NCBI GenBank assembly: GCA_038087875.1
Contig: CM075997.1
Coordinates: forward strand, 8,372,001 to 8,436,000
DNA: 64,000 bases
Source of the DNA: Malacoraja senta
Lineage: Eukaryota
Reading direction: 5' to 3'
Shown: piece after piece, positions 25,019 through 37,183 of the stretch
How the letters are laid out: every line of letters begins with the position of its first letter
Position numbering within the stretch: position 1 is the first letter of the stretch
Translations under genes and position numbers: made by a program
Notes under the pieces: model-generated
What the model was told of the DNA's origin: nothing
The model's database searches: none
The model's input: only the letters and a program-made list of their open reading frames with translations

Positions 25019-27754
25019 AAAAGAAGGGGATGAATATTCTGCAGCGTGACTTTAGAGAGCTCGGAAAAATGCTGAAAAGCAGGACCTCCAGTGTTGTTAT
25101 CTCCGGTTTGCTTCCAGTTCCTCGTGCTGGCGAGAGCAGGAACAGGGAGGTACGGGATCTGAACGTGTGGCTGGGGAACTGGTGCACGGGGCAGGGATTT
25201 AGATTCTTAGATCACTGGGATCTGTTTTGGAGTAAAGGAGAACTGTACAAAAGTTCAAATTGAAGTTCAAGTGAGTTTATTGTCATGTGTCCCTGATAGG
25301 ACAATGAAATTCTTGCTTTGCTTCAGCACAACAGAACATAGAAGGCATTGACTACAAAACAGATCAGTGTGTCCATATACCATTATATAAATATATACAC
25401 AGATGAATACATAAACTGATAAAGTGCAAATAACAGATAATGGGCTATTAATGTTCATAGTTTTGTCCGAGCCAAGTATAATAGACTGATTGCTGTGGGG
25501 AAGTATTCCTGAACCTGGTCGTTGCAGTCTTCACGCTCCTGTACTTTCTACCTGGATGATGTGGGTCCTTGATGATACTGCCAGCCTTTTTGAGAGGCAG
25601 GGACTGCGATAGATCCCCTCGATGGAAGGAAGGTCAGAGCTGATGATGGACTGGGCAGTGTTTACTACTCTTTGTAGTCTTTTCCTCTTTAAGGCGCTCA
25701 AGTTGCCGAACCAAGCCAGGATGCAACCGGTTAGAATGATCTCTACTGTGCACCTGTAGAAGTTAGAGAGAGTCCTCCTTGACAAACCGACTCTCCGTAA
25801 TCTTCTCAGGAAGTAGAGGCGCTGACGTGCTTTCTTAATAATGGCATCGGTGTTCTCGGACCAGGAAAGATCTTCAGAGATGTGCACACCCAGGAATTTG
25901 AAGCTCTTGACCCTTTCAACCATCGACCCGTTGATATAATCGGGACTGTGGGTCCCCATCCTACTCCTTCCAAAGTCCATAATCAGTTCCTTGGTTTTGC
26001 TGGTGTTGAGGGCTGGGTTATTGTGCTGGCACCATATGGACAGTTGCTCGATCTCTCTTCTGTACTCTGACTCATCCCCATCAGTGATACGTCCCACAAC
26101 AATGGTGTCGTCAGCGAACTTGATGATCGAGTTCGCACTATGACCGGCTACGCAGTCATGAGTATAGAGTGAGTACAGCAGGGGGCTGCGCACGCAGCCT
26201 AGAGGAGCTTCCGTGCTGATTGTTATCGAGTCTGACACATTTCCACCAATACGAACAGACTGTGGTCTGAGAATGAGGAAGTCGAGGATCCAATTGCAGA
26301 GGGATGCGTGTTTGGTATCAGCTTGGAGGGGATGATTGTATTAAATGCCGAGCTGTAATCGTTGAATAACAGCCTGACATATGAGTTTTTGTCAGGGACG
26401 GATTGCATCTTAACAGGTGGCGGACCAGCATTCTGGCAGGCAAGTTTGCCAGTGCTACACGGGTGGTTTAAAACTGAATAAGGGGGGTGGAGTGTCAAAT
26501 GGGATAGTCGAGGATGGAGTTAAAGGGAAAGAGAGTAAAGGGGTGGTTTAATGGCCCCAGAATTAACGGAAAGGAAGCTCACAAAGGGATAGGAGAGTAT
26601 GGCCAAGTGGAATAGGGATCGATGTGAAAGGTCAGATGCGTAAGGAATTAAATGTATTGTATTTGAATGCGCGAAGTATAAGAAGTAAAGTAGATGAGCG
26701 TCAGTTACAGGTTGGTAGATGTGATATTGTGGGATTACTGAGACGTGGCTGCAGGAGGATCAGGCCTGGGAACTTAATTTTCGGGTAATACATCCTATAT
26801 AAAGGATAGGCAGGTGGGCAGAGGAGGGGGGTAGCTCTCCTGGTGAGGGATGGAATTCAGTCCCTTGCGAGGGAAGACATAGGGACTGACGTGGTAGAGT
26901 CACTGTGGATTGAGTTGAGGAATTGTAAAGGCAAGAAGACACTAATTGGTGTTATTTACAGACCCCCAAATAGTAGCCCGGATGTAGGGTGTAAAGTTGC
27001 AGCAGGAGTTAAAACTGGCATGTAACAAAGGTAACGCCACTGTGGTGATAGGGGTTTCAATATGCAGGTAGACTGGGAAAATCAGATTGGTTAAGGACCC
27101 CAGGAAAGAGAGTTTGTAGAATGCCTCCGAGATGGATTCTTAGAGCAGCTTGTAATGGAGCCGACCAGAGAAAAGGCAATTCTGGATTTAGTGTTGTCCA
27201 ATGAACCAGATATGAAAAGAGAACTCGAGGAACCGCTTGGAGGTAGTGATCATAATATGATTAGTTTTAATCTGCAATTTGAGAATGAGAACGTTAAATC
27301 GGAAGTGACAGTGGTGCATTTGAACAAGGGGACTATGAAGGCATGAGAGGGGAGCTGGCCAAAGTAGACTGTAAAGGGATCCTAGCAGGAATGACGGTGG
27401 AACAGCAATGGCAGGAATTTCAGGGCATAATCCGGGAGACGCAGGATAATTTCATTCCAAAAAGTACGAAATATGCTAAGGGGAGTAGGAGGCAACCGTG
27501 GCTGACAAGAGAAGTTAGGGATAGAATAAAACTAAAAGATAAGATGTGTAACACAGCAAAGTGTAGCCGGAAGCCAGAGGATTGGGAAACTTTCATAGGA
27601 CAACAGAAGGAGACAATACGGGCTGAAAAGATGAAGTACGAGGGAAAGCTGGCCAGGAATATAAAGAAAGACAGTAAAAGCTTGTTTAGATATGTTAAGG
27701 GAAAAGAGTAGCAACGTCAAATGTGGGTCCTTTGAAGGCAGATACGGGTGAAAT
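25019..27754 (+). mobile_element. CR1 LINE (end of ORF1 + APE endonuclease), split by a Rex1 insertion and cut by a DIRS insertion
   Basis: 'VVISGLLPVPR...FLDHWDLFW..GELYK' at 25019-25253 resumes as 'RDGLHLN' at ~26394. It is followed by LYLNARSI, GITETWL, GVIYRPP and SDHN motifs. Confidence 0.88.
25254..26392 (-). mobile_element. Rex1/Babar LINE 3' fragment
   Basis: Motifs SPLLYSLYTHDC, IIKFADDTIVVG, LNTSKTKELI.DF and QRLYFLRRL, with AATAAA and a (cttgaa)n tail. Confidence 0.88.
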
Positions 27755-30046
27755 TTTACTTCGGAGTCACGTGAGTGACTACGTGAAGAACCCGCCAGCC
27801 CGCATGCGCGTATTATCATCTAACGCATTGCGCAACGACGGGCTGGGGGAGCGCTGCTCCACCAGCGGTCAAACCTGAAAGTAAGTTTTTATTTTTTTCC
27901 AGGTCTGTTTTCTCCTTGCAGGAAGCTCATTACAGAATTCCTGCTGGAGACGTTCCGGGGTCGAAATCCAGGCTCCACCCGGCTCACTTCTACATGGACC
28001 GCGGGGGAAACCCGGCTGCGAAAACTGCGGGGATAACCGGCTCGGGGGTAGCCCGTCCATAGACATCGCGGGGAATCCCTTCTTCAGGGACCGCGGAGGA
28101 CACCGGGATGCGGAAACAGCAGGGACAACCGGCTTGGGGAAACCCGACTTAGCGGGGAATTCTTTCTACAGGGACCGCGGGGGAATGCCGGCTGCAACAA
28201 CCGCGGGGATACCGGGCTCGGGGGAAGCCCGGCTGCGGGGACCGCGGAACTCGGCTTCGGGGACCGTGGGAAGACCGCGGGTAACCCGGCTAGGGGGAAC
28301 CTCGGCTCCGGGGACCGTGTGAAGACACGGCTATGGACCGCGGAAGTGCAGGTAGCCGGCGGCGACATCAGACTCCGGCAGCCCACAGAGGGTAAGAGCC
28401 AAACCGAGTCTGAGAGGCCTAGACTGAAGTCAGGCCAGGAGGTTCCCCTCCGACATGGGTGCGTCCCCGAACGTTTTTTACCCAGATGGAGCTTGGATAG
28501 CGTCCGCAGGGCTTTCATCCCATTAAGGTAATGTTCCATCCTCATAAGGTCCATGGAAATCTCCGTATCTGTGAAGGTGAGTGCGAGGGGTCAGTTGGTA
28601 ACTGACTCCAAACTCAGAGGTATGTCGTGGGAACATACTGGAGAACACGCGTGAGGTTCCAGAAATTGATGTCATGGCATGAAGGGTTGCGATATCCTCG
28701 CAAACGAAGGAGCTCCTTCTGGAAAAGTTTGATTCCAACCATTGGCAGAAAACCCGGAGGGGCCAGAGTTCCCCTCGCGGAGCAGCAGCTACCTCACGTC
28801 ATATCATTATAGGAACAGATGAAAGGGTTCGTGAAAGTGCCAGCAGTGAACAGCGCTATCTGTGGTGATATTGGATGCGGCATGAAAACCCAGGAAATGA
28901 TACTCAAACAAAATTTTAAAGATTACTGGCCTGGTCTTGATATGCAAGGCACACTTCAAAATGAACATAGAAAGGCCAGTAATGTCCAGCCGCCGAATCA
29001 TCTCTTCACGGAAACCTGTTCGAACAGGTAAGACCGGGATGAGGAAACAAAAGCTGTCGGACTAATTAAAGTACCAACGACGGGCAAAGCTTCATTGCGT
29101 CGGCGACAACACACCCACGCCTCCATCAGCAGGAAGCGGTTCACTGAAGCTGGTGGCAGGTTGAAATCTGAGCGCAGGTCTTTTAGGCCAATGCCCAAAA
29201 CCGGTCCTAAGGGGAAATATGGGATCCACGTACCCCAGCAGTCCTACTCTCGAAATCAAGGACGGAAATAGAACCCGCATCAGGGGCCTTTGGGCTTACC
29301 ATAAAACCACCGATAACCATGAAGGTAGGTGGGTCTGGTTCTTTCCGAAACATGCGGTATGTGGACCATTTGCAAATTGGTAATATTTACACTTGTTTTT
29401 GTACAGATGACAACGATAACATAAGATTCAGATCTGTTGATAAATTAAAATGATAACATGAGATTAGTTTATACTGCACAGTATACAAGCGAGACAGGCG
29501 CAGAATTTGGACAGATTTCTCGGAAATATGGCTGGAGTTGCCTTTCAAGGCAGGCTCGCAATTATGGCAGATGTGGCCTGTTCATTGTCAACAGGTTCAA
29601 CTCACGTGTGCAGTATAGACATTTCTGAATACGAAACTCCGTGACTGTTTAACTTCCATGGGATCAGTTTCCATTCACGGGGCACCGGATATATTTGAAA
29701 TTTATCTGGATGGGGCAATGATACAGTTAAAAGCGTTGCAAAATGGGCTAACTTCAGCTCCCAGGTTATTTACCAAATTACTAATACCAGTTCTTCGGTT
29801 GCTCAGAGCTTAAAAACAATTGTTATGTCCAACTGGATGATATTCTAAATGTTGTATTTTGCTAAATTAGCTGTATCAGCCAACAAACTATATTTGAGAA
29901 ATTGGGTTTCTCATACATCCAGTTACATTTAAGTTGATACCTACTGAAATTATTGATTATTGGGATTTACCTTTAATTCCATTAATTTGTCTGGGACTCC
30001 GCCCTGAGGCAAGAGATTGGAATTAATTGAAGCCTGTAACAACCTT
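27755..30046 (+). mobile_element. DIRS-like (tyrosine recombinase class) retrotransposon, 5' part, decayed, cut by the gap
   Basis: Starts in a T run 'ttttacttcggagtcacgtgagtgact' inside CR1. Shows gag-like 'VKVPAVNSAI' and RT remnants LKFIWMGQ / QLKALQNGLTSAPRLFTKLL / LDDIL / EKLGFLIHP. The mirror copy adds AVLFGPLHY. No recombinase sequence is seen. Confidence 0.75.
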
Positions 30047-30246
30047 NNNNNNNNNNNNNNNNNNNNNNNNNNNNNNNNNNNNNNNNNNNNNNNNNNNNNN
30101 NNNNNNNNNNNNNNNNNNNNNNNNNNNNNNNNNNNNNNNNNNNNNNNNNNNNNNNNNNNNNNNNNNNNNNNNNNNNNNNNNNNNNNNNNNNNNNNNNNNN
30201 NNNNNNNNNNNNNNNNNNNNNNNNNNNNNNNNNNNNNNNNNNNNNN
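30047..30246. other. Assembly gap (200 N)
   Basis: Run of exactly 200 n, probably a nominal-size scaffold join. Confidence 0.99.
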
Positions 30247-30505
30247 GAGCAAAAGGACAAAAGTCATGTGCAAAAGGACAAAAATCTTCTGCAAAAGGAC
30301 AAAGGTCAAGTGCAAAAGGACAAAATTCAAGTGCAAAGGGACAAAGGTCAAGTGCAAAAGGACAAGTCAAGTGCAAAATGACTAAGGTTAAATGCAAAGT
30401 GGCAAAGGTCTAGTGCAAAAGAACAAAGGTCAATGCTAAAGGACAAAAGTCATGTGCAAAAGGACAAAGGAAAAATGTAAAATGACAGAAGTCAAAGGCA
30501 AAGGG
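30247..30505 (+). repeat. 21-bp tandem repeat (gtgcaaaaggacaaaggtcaa; VQKDKGQ in one frame)
   Basis: About 12 imperfect copies visible; the array begins at the gap. Confidence 0.9.
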
Positions 30506-30507
30506 AA

Positions 30508-31411
30508 ATTGCCATCCAGAGGGCAACCCTAGCTATTCAAGTTGCTTTCAGGGTTATGAAGGTATGGAGAGAGATCCGGAACAAACAGAAGGCAGCAACG
30601 TTAATACAAGCAGCATATAGAATGCACAGAGTATACCGTCAATATAAAGCTATGAGATTGGCAGCTATAATAGTACAAACCCACTATAGGGCACACCTTC
30701 AAATGGAAAGTGATCGCAAAACTTACATGAAGGACGCAGCAGCGTTGTGCTGCTTCAGGCTGTCTACCGAGGAATGCTTGTCCAAGAGAGACATTATAAT
30801 AGTGTGAGAAAAACAGAGGTTTGTATTCAGGCCTTCCAGCGCGGGATTAAAGCCAGATAATTCGTAGAGAAACTCAAGGCGGCACGCCATATTGTCATTC
30901 ATAAGGATGTGCATTACAAGAAAGCATTTCATGATGCAAAACGCGGCTGTATTCACTCTACAAGCTGCATACCGTGTTATCGATCAAGGGTACGCTACAG
31001 AGCTCTGCGTCAAGCAGTCATTTCGATCCAGAGATGGCACAAAGCATGCAAAATAGGGCATTCCAGTTTGTGCAATATCAGTCAATGAGGGATGCAACTA
31101 TTACCATTCAGGCTGCCTACAAGAGTATGGTGGTTAGGCAGTGGGTTAAGCAAAAGAGAGCTACTGTTACAGTTCAGTCAGTACTCCGTATGAGTTGGTA
31201 TATGAAAGACTTAAGAACACAAATAGAGGAACAACAGAAAAGGCTGAAACGATACAAAAGGCTTAAAAGATATAGGAAAGACTTCCTCAAACTGAAATAT
31301 ACAGCAATTGTAGTGCAGTCTCACTACCTTGCTTATGAAGCAAGAAAACTAAACATAACACAAATCAAAGCCAGTGTTGTATTGGAAAGACAATATAGAT
31401 CCTGCTTCTAG
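30508..31411 (+). pseudogene. ASPM: ASPM-like IQ-motif repeat fragment (frameshifted)
   Basis: RATLAIQVAFRVMK..., KAATLIQAAYRMHRVYRQYKAMRLAAIIVQTHYRAH, ATITIQAAYKSM and FLKLKYTAIVVQSHY match the spacing and wording of ASPM IQ repeats. Frameshifts and stops are present. Confidence 0.8.
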
Positions 31412-31429
31412 ACGAAGAACCAGAAAGGT

Positions 31430-31780
31430 GACTTAAGAAGACAAATACATGAACAACAGAAAAGGCTTAAACGATTCAAAGAAAGGTTAAATAAATGTGT
31501 GACAATGAGTAGGAAGCTACTAATAGAAAAGTCTAAAGAAGAGAGGCTTGTCGGTCAAGACAAAAGTATGCAGGACCGATTGCAATTAGGACACTTCAGT
31601 ATAGTCCAGCATGGAGCCTCCTTCACTGAGCAATGGACACATGGTTATGCATTACAGAACAAGAGCAGATAAATAAGCAGAGAATGGAAATTGAACAGCA
31701 GAGGAAGCTGCTAGAAAACAACAACTTGCACATACAAAAAGGAAAACAAATCAAATACATCAACCAGAAAATGATATCTC
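31430..31780 (+). pseudogene. TLK2: Intronless tousled-like kinase (TLK2-like) coiled-coil fragment
   Basis: Manual translation: [95 protein letters not shown]. Recalled TLK2: [80 protein letters not shown]1 origin is not excluded. Confidence 0.85.
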
Positions 31781-31990
31781 ATAAAGCAAGGGGTAATATA
31801 TTTGGTTTAAGTAATAATACCAATGTGCAACAGTGTATTATCAATGATATGTAGGTAAAGAGCATATATCGTGCAGGTTAAAAGGGGGAGGAGTGCGGTT
31901 TATGTAAGATAAATGGTGTTACCTGCCTCCCAGTTTAATGGGGAGGAGTGTTAGGTATGCAATAGAAATGGTGTTACCTGCCTCCAAGTT

Positions 31991-33214
31991 AAAGGGGGAG
32001 GAGTGTTAGGTATGTGCTAATTAGCTTATGTAATTAGTATATGTGATGTCTTTTGATGTCGTGATGTTCGTATTGGTGGAAATGTGTCAGACTCGATAAC
32101 AATCAGCAAGGGAGCACCTCAAGTCTGCGTGCTCAGCCCCCTGCTGTACTTACTCTCTACTCATGACTGCGTTGCCGGTCATAGTGCGAACTCGATCATC
32201 AAGTTCGCTGACGCCACCACTGTTGTGGGACGTATCACTGATGGAGATGAGTCAGAGTACAGAAGAGAGATCGAGCAACTGTCCATATGGTGCCAGTACA
32301 ATAACCTGGCCCTCAACACCAGCAAAACCAAGGAACTGATTGTAGACTTTGGAAGGAGTAGGATGGGGACCCACAGTCCCGTTTATATCAATGGGTCGAT
32401 GGTTGAAAGGGTCAAGAACTTTAAATTCCTGGGCGTGCACATCTCTGAAGAGTTTTCCTGGTCCGAGAACACTGATGCTACTATTAAGAAAGCACATCAG
32501 CGCGTCTACTTCCTGAGAAGATTACGGAGAGTCAGTTTGTCAAGGAGGACTCTCTCTAACTTTTACAGGTGCACAGTAGAGAGCATGCTGACCGGTTGCA
32601 TCGTGGCTTGGTTCGGAAACTTGAGCGCCCTGGAGAGGAAAATACTACAAAGTGTAGTAAACACTGCCCAGTCCATCATCGGCTCTGACCTCCCTTCCAT
32701 CGAGGGGATCTATCGCAGTCGCTGCGTCAAAAAGGTTGGAAGTATCATCAAGGACCCACACCATCCTGGCCACACACTCATCTCCCTGCTGCCTTCAGGT
32801 AGAAGTTACAGGAGCCTGAAGACTGCAACGACCAGGTTCAGGAATAGCTACTTCCCCACAGCCATCAGGCAATTAAACGTGACTCGGACAAAACTATGAA
32901 CATTAATAGCCCATTATCTGTTATTTGCACTATATCAGTTTATTTATTAATGTGTGTATACATTTACATAATGATATATGGACACACTGATCTGTTTTGT
33001 AGTCAATGCCTTCTATGTTCTGTTGTGCTGAAGCAAAGCAAGAATTTCATTGTACTATCAGGAACACATGCCAATAAACTCACTTGGACTTGAACTTGAA
33101 GTACGCGTGTGCACGGGGAGGCTTAAAGTGGCGTCCTGGAATAAAGAAGCTTGTTAGATTACACCCGTGTCCGAGCCTTATTAAAGTCTGTTCCAAGCAT
33201 CCAAATACACAACA
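31991..33214 (+). mobile_element. Polypurine tract + short 3' LTR (Gypsy-type), interrupted by Rex1
   Basis: PPT aaagggggaggag (31991-32003) is directly followed by TGTT (32004). After the Rex1 insert the sequence has AATAAA (33140-33145) and ends AACA (33214), where CR1 sequence starts abruptly. The LTR is ~175 bp without the insert. Confidence 0.65.
32065..33100 (+). mobile_element. Rex1/Babar LINE 3' fragment
   Basis: ORF 32084..32899 encodes the Rex1 RT C-terminus (GAPQxCVLSPLL ... RFRNSYFPTAIR). The 3'UTR is nearly the same as 25254-25500, with a (cttgaa)n tail. Confidence 0.9.
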
Positions 33215-34775
33215 AATGCCTTGTATAATTTTAACATTACATCCCAACTTCTATACTCAATGCTCTGATTTATAAAGGCCAGCACACCAAAAGCTTTGTT
33301 TACCACCCTATCTACATGAGATTCCACCTTCAGGGAACTATGCACAGTTATTCCTAGATCCATCTGTTCTACTGCATTCCTCAATTCGCTACCATTTACC
33401 ATGTACGTCCTATTTTGATTTGTCCTACCAAGATGTAGCACCTCACACTTATCAGCATTAAACTCCATGTGCCATCTTTCAGCTCACTCTTCCAAATGGC
33501 CGAAATCTCTCTGTAGACTTTGAAAATCTACTTCATTATCCACAACACCACCCATCTTAGTGTAATCTGTATACTTATTAATCCAATTTACCACACCATC
33601 ATCCAGATGATTGATGAAAATAACAAACAACAGTGGACGCAACACAGATCCATGAGGCACCCCAATAGTCACCGGCCGCAAACTTGACAAACAGTCATCC
33701 ACCATTACTCTCTGGTATCTCCCATTCAGCCACTGTTGAATCCATTTTGCTACTCCACTATTACTACCCAACAATTGAACCTTCTTAACCAACCTTCCAC
33801 GTGGAACCTTGTCAAAGGCCTTAATGAGGTCAATATAGACAACATCCACTGCTTTACCCTCATCAATTTCCCTAGTAACCTCTTCAAAAGATTCAAGAAG
33901 TTTAATCAAACATGACCTTCCAGGCACAAATGCATGTTGACTGTTCCTAATCAGACCCTGGTTATCCAGATCATTATATAGATTATCTCTAAGTATCTTT
34001 TCCATTAACTTGCCCAGCACTGACGTCAAACTAACAGGTCTATAATTGCTAGGTTTACTCTTAGAACCCTTTTTTTTAAATGGAACAACATGCGCAGTAC
34101 GCCAATCCTCCGGCACCATTCCCGTTTCTAATGACATTTGAAATATTTCTGTCATAGCCCCTGCTACTTCTACACTAACTTCCCTCAATGTCCTAAGGAA
34201 TATCCTGTCGGGACCTGTAGACCTATCCACTTTTAAATTTGTCAAAAGTGTCAGTACTTCCTCTTCTTTGATCCTCATAGTTTCCAATGCTACCCTACTT
34301 GTTTCCCTTACCTCACATCATTCAATATCATTCTCCTTGATGAATACCGAAGAAAATAAATTGTTCAATATCTCCCCCATCTCTTTTGGCTCTGCATATA
34401 GCTGTCCACCCTGACTCTATTGGACCAATTTTATCCCTCGTTATCCTTTTGCTATTAATATAGCTGTTGAAACCCTTTGGAATTACTTTCACCTTACTTG
34501 CCAAAGCAACCTCATATCTTCTTTTAGCTTTTCTAATTTCTTTCTTAAGGTTCTTTTTACATTATTTATACTCCTCAAGCACCTCATTTACTCCATGCTG
34601 CCTATATTTATTGTAGATCTCTCTCTTTTTCCGAACCAAGTGTCCAATTTCCCTTGAAAACCTGGGTTCTTTCCAATTATTACGCTTTCCTTTCAACCGA
34701 ATAGGGACATAAAGATTCTGTACTCTTAAAAGTTCACTTTTAATATCCTCAATTTCTTTACTACATCCTTCCCAT
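33215..34775 (-). mobile_element. CR1 LINE ORF2 fragment (same subfamily as 3808-6302)
   Basis: ORFs 33484..34287 and 33181..33468 are colinear with and highly similar to 4400-5960. Confidence 0.9.
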
Positions 34776-34777
34776 AC

Positions 34778-35362
34778 AACAGTCATTGAAAGTAGGCATG
34801 CAGGTGCAGCAGGCAGTGAAGAAAGCGAATGGTATGTTAGCATTCATAGGAAAATGATCTGAGTATACGAGCAGGGAGGTTCTACTGCAGTTGTACAGGG
34901 TCTTGGTGAGACCACACCTGGAGTATTGCGTACAGTTTTGGTCTCCTAATGTGAGGAAGGACATTCTTGCCATAGAGGGAGTACAGAGAAGGTTCACCAG
35001 ACTGATTCCTGGGATGTCAGGATTTCATATGAAGAAAGACTGGATAGACTCGGCTTGTACTCGCTTGAATTTAGAAGATTGAGGTGGGATCTTATAGAAA
35101 CTTAGAAAATTCTTCAGGGGTTGGACAGGCTAGATGCAGGAACATTGTTCCCGATGTTGGGGAAGTCCAGAACAAGGGGTCACAGTTTAAGGATAAACGG
35201 GAAATCTTTTAGGACTGAGATGAGAAAAAAAATATTACACAGAGGGTGGTGAATCTCTGGAATTCTCTGCCACAGAATGTAGTTGAGGCCAGTTCATTGG
35301 CTATATTTAAGAGGGAGTTAGATGTGGCCCTTGTGGCTACAGGGATCAGGGGGTATGGAGAG
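34778..35362 (+). mobile_element. CR1 3' fragment
   Basis: Nearly the same sequence as 12910-13515. Confidence 0.88.
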
Positions 35363-36011
35363 AAAGCAAGTACAGGATACTGTCTGTTCGATACTGTATA
35401 TTTCCGTTTCCCTCCTTTCTTAAAAAGTGGAGTTACATTGGATGATCCAGAGTCGAGAGCACATTTGAAAATGATTACCTATGCATCCACGCTTCATCTG
35501 CCATCAGTCCCAACATTTTACCGAACACCGTTTTCTGACTAACGTTGATTACCTTCCGTTCCTCCCCCCCACTACATCCTCGTTCCCGTAGTATTTCCTG
35601 GAGATTGTTTGTGACTTTCTCAATCAAGACAGAACCAAAGTACTCGTTTAACTGTTCTGCCATTTCCTTGTTTCCCATTATAAATTAACCTGCTTCTGAC
35701 TGTAAGGAATCCACTTTTGTGTTCACAAATCTTGTCCTTTTACCATACCTATAGACACGTTCAGTCTATTTTTATATTTCCCGCAAGCTTTATTTCATGC
35801 TCATTAAACCAATCTTAATTAATCGCTTTGAACTCTTCAGCGGGGTTCTAAATTTTTCCCTCTTCCTCTGGTTTGCCGCTTCTTCTGGCCAACTTATATG
35901 CCTCTTCCTTGGCTTTAGCACTATCCTTGACTTCACTCGTCAACCACGCTTGCGATGGTTTCCCAGTTCTATTTTTTCGCCAGACAGAGATGAAGAAATT
36001 TATGGACCTCA

Positions 36012-37043
36012 TGTTGTGGTTACTAATACTCAAATTAATCCAGTCGAAGCGGATAATTCTTCAAGAAGATTAAACCTTTATTTGCAAATAAAATCTGGAG
36101 CCTCTCACTTCACCAGTCCACTTGAATGTTCAACGTTTAAACCAAAGGATCGCCTCTTTTTATGGCATGTTCAACTCTGCATATCCAATCATTTGCAGAC
36201 ATTCCCCTATCATCCGCCAATCACTTGCACCCACCTATCTCGTCCTTCCCAGTACTTCTCCACTTTGCAACAGTTATAAGTCACATCATTCCGCGTTGAT
36301 AGCCTCGCCTGCCTCGTGGCTTTTTTCAGAGTCATGGTGGTCATATAACTGTCACAACAGATTGATGCTAATTTTTCTTTGCTAGGTTTGAAATATTGAC
36401 TTAGGCCTCTATATTAATGTTGTTTCTAGGGGGAGAACTCTCAGCCACAGACAGGGCCCCTCTTTTTTTCTCAACTATCTCATTAATGTTGCAAGAGAGT
36501 GAACTGAAAGCGTTCAAAACATAACTTTTTTATAATTCTTTTTTACAATTTTTACTTTACTATTATTTTTTGTTTTTAATAGCCCCACAGAAACAGAGCA
36601 CAAAGACCTTCACACACAGGGCACAGCTGGCTTATATCACATTCTACATAGTTTGCAAAGTATTAAAATACAAAAAATAAAATTAAATATCTAAAGTATA
36701 TCTTAAGTATATATCTTAACTATTACAAACACTAAATATAAAATAATTGGAATTATAAAAGAATGTTATATCTTTGCAGAGTCTAAAATATTGTGAGTGT
36801 ATTACTAGCACACAGGGGTCATATACCTGTCATTCTGATTAACAATAATTGCCCCTTGCTAGGCTCGCATTCAGCTTCATGTTGGCTTTTGGCCTCCCCA
36901 TTAATGTTAGGGTCCCTTTATTGTTCTCTCACTAATGGTGAGAGTTATCTCACTAATGGCGTTGCACAGAGGAAATGGAATGTTATAGTTCCGATGCTGT
37001 AGACACCAACCACTGTTATCTCTGAACATAGTTACTTTCTCAG

Positions 37044-37105
<62 letters not shown>

Positions 37106-37126
37106 GCACACACGCACACACACACA

Positions 37127-37183
<57 letters not shown>

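Larger units (their letters stand above)
12296..30046 (+). repeat. Left arm of a large inverted duplication (partner 46255-64000)
   Basis: ORFs and sequence mirror across the arms; 12296 pairs with 64000 and 30046 with 46255. Only scattered SNPs and small indels differ. The outer extent is limited by the window and the inner end is the N gap. Confidence 0.97.

Noticed and set aside
29950..30413. ORFs spanning the N run
   Set aside because: Artefacts of translating across the assembly gap.
30247..30505. CRISPR-like regular repeat
   Set aside because: The units are head-to-tail with no unique spacers, in eukaryotic context with no cas genes.
30508..31780. Functional ASPM or TLK2 locus
   Set aside because: The sequence is fragmentary, has frameshifts and stops, the two genes are interleaved, and no other exons of either gene are in the window.
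36012..36359. Short LTR defined by TGTTGTG...CACAACA inverted ends
   Set aside because: Similarity between the two LTR copies continues ~700 nt past this point, so the LTR is longer.
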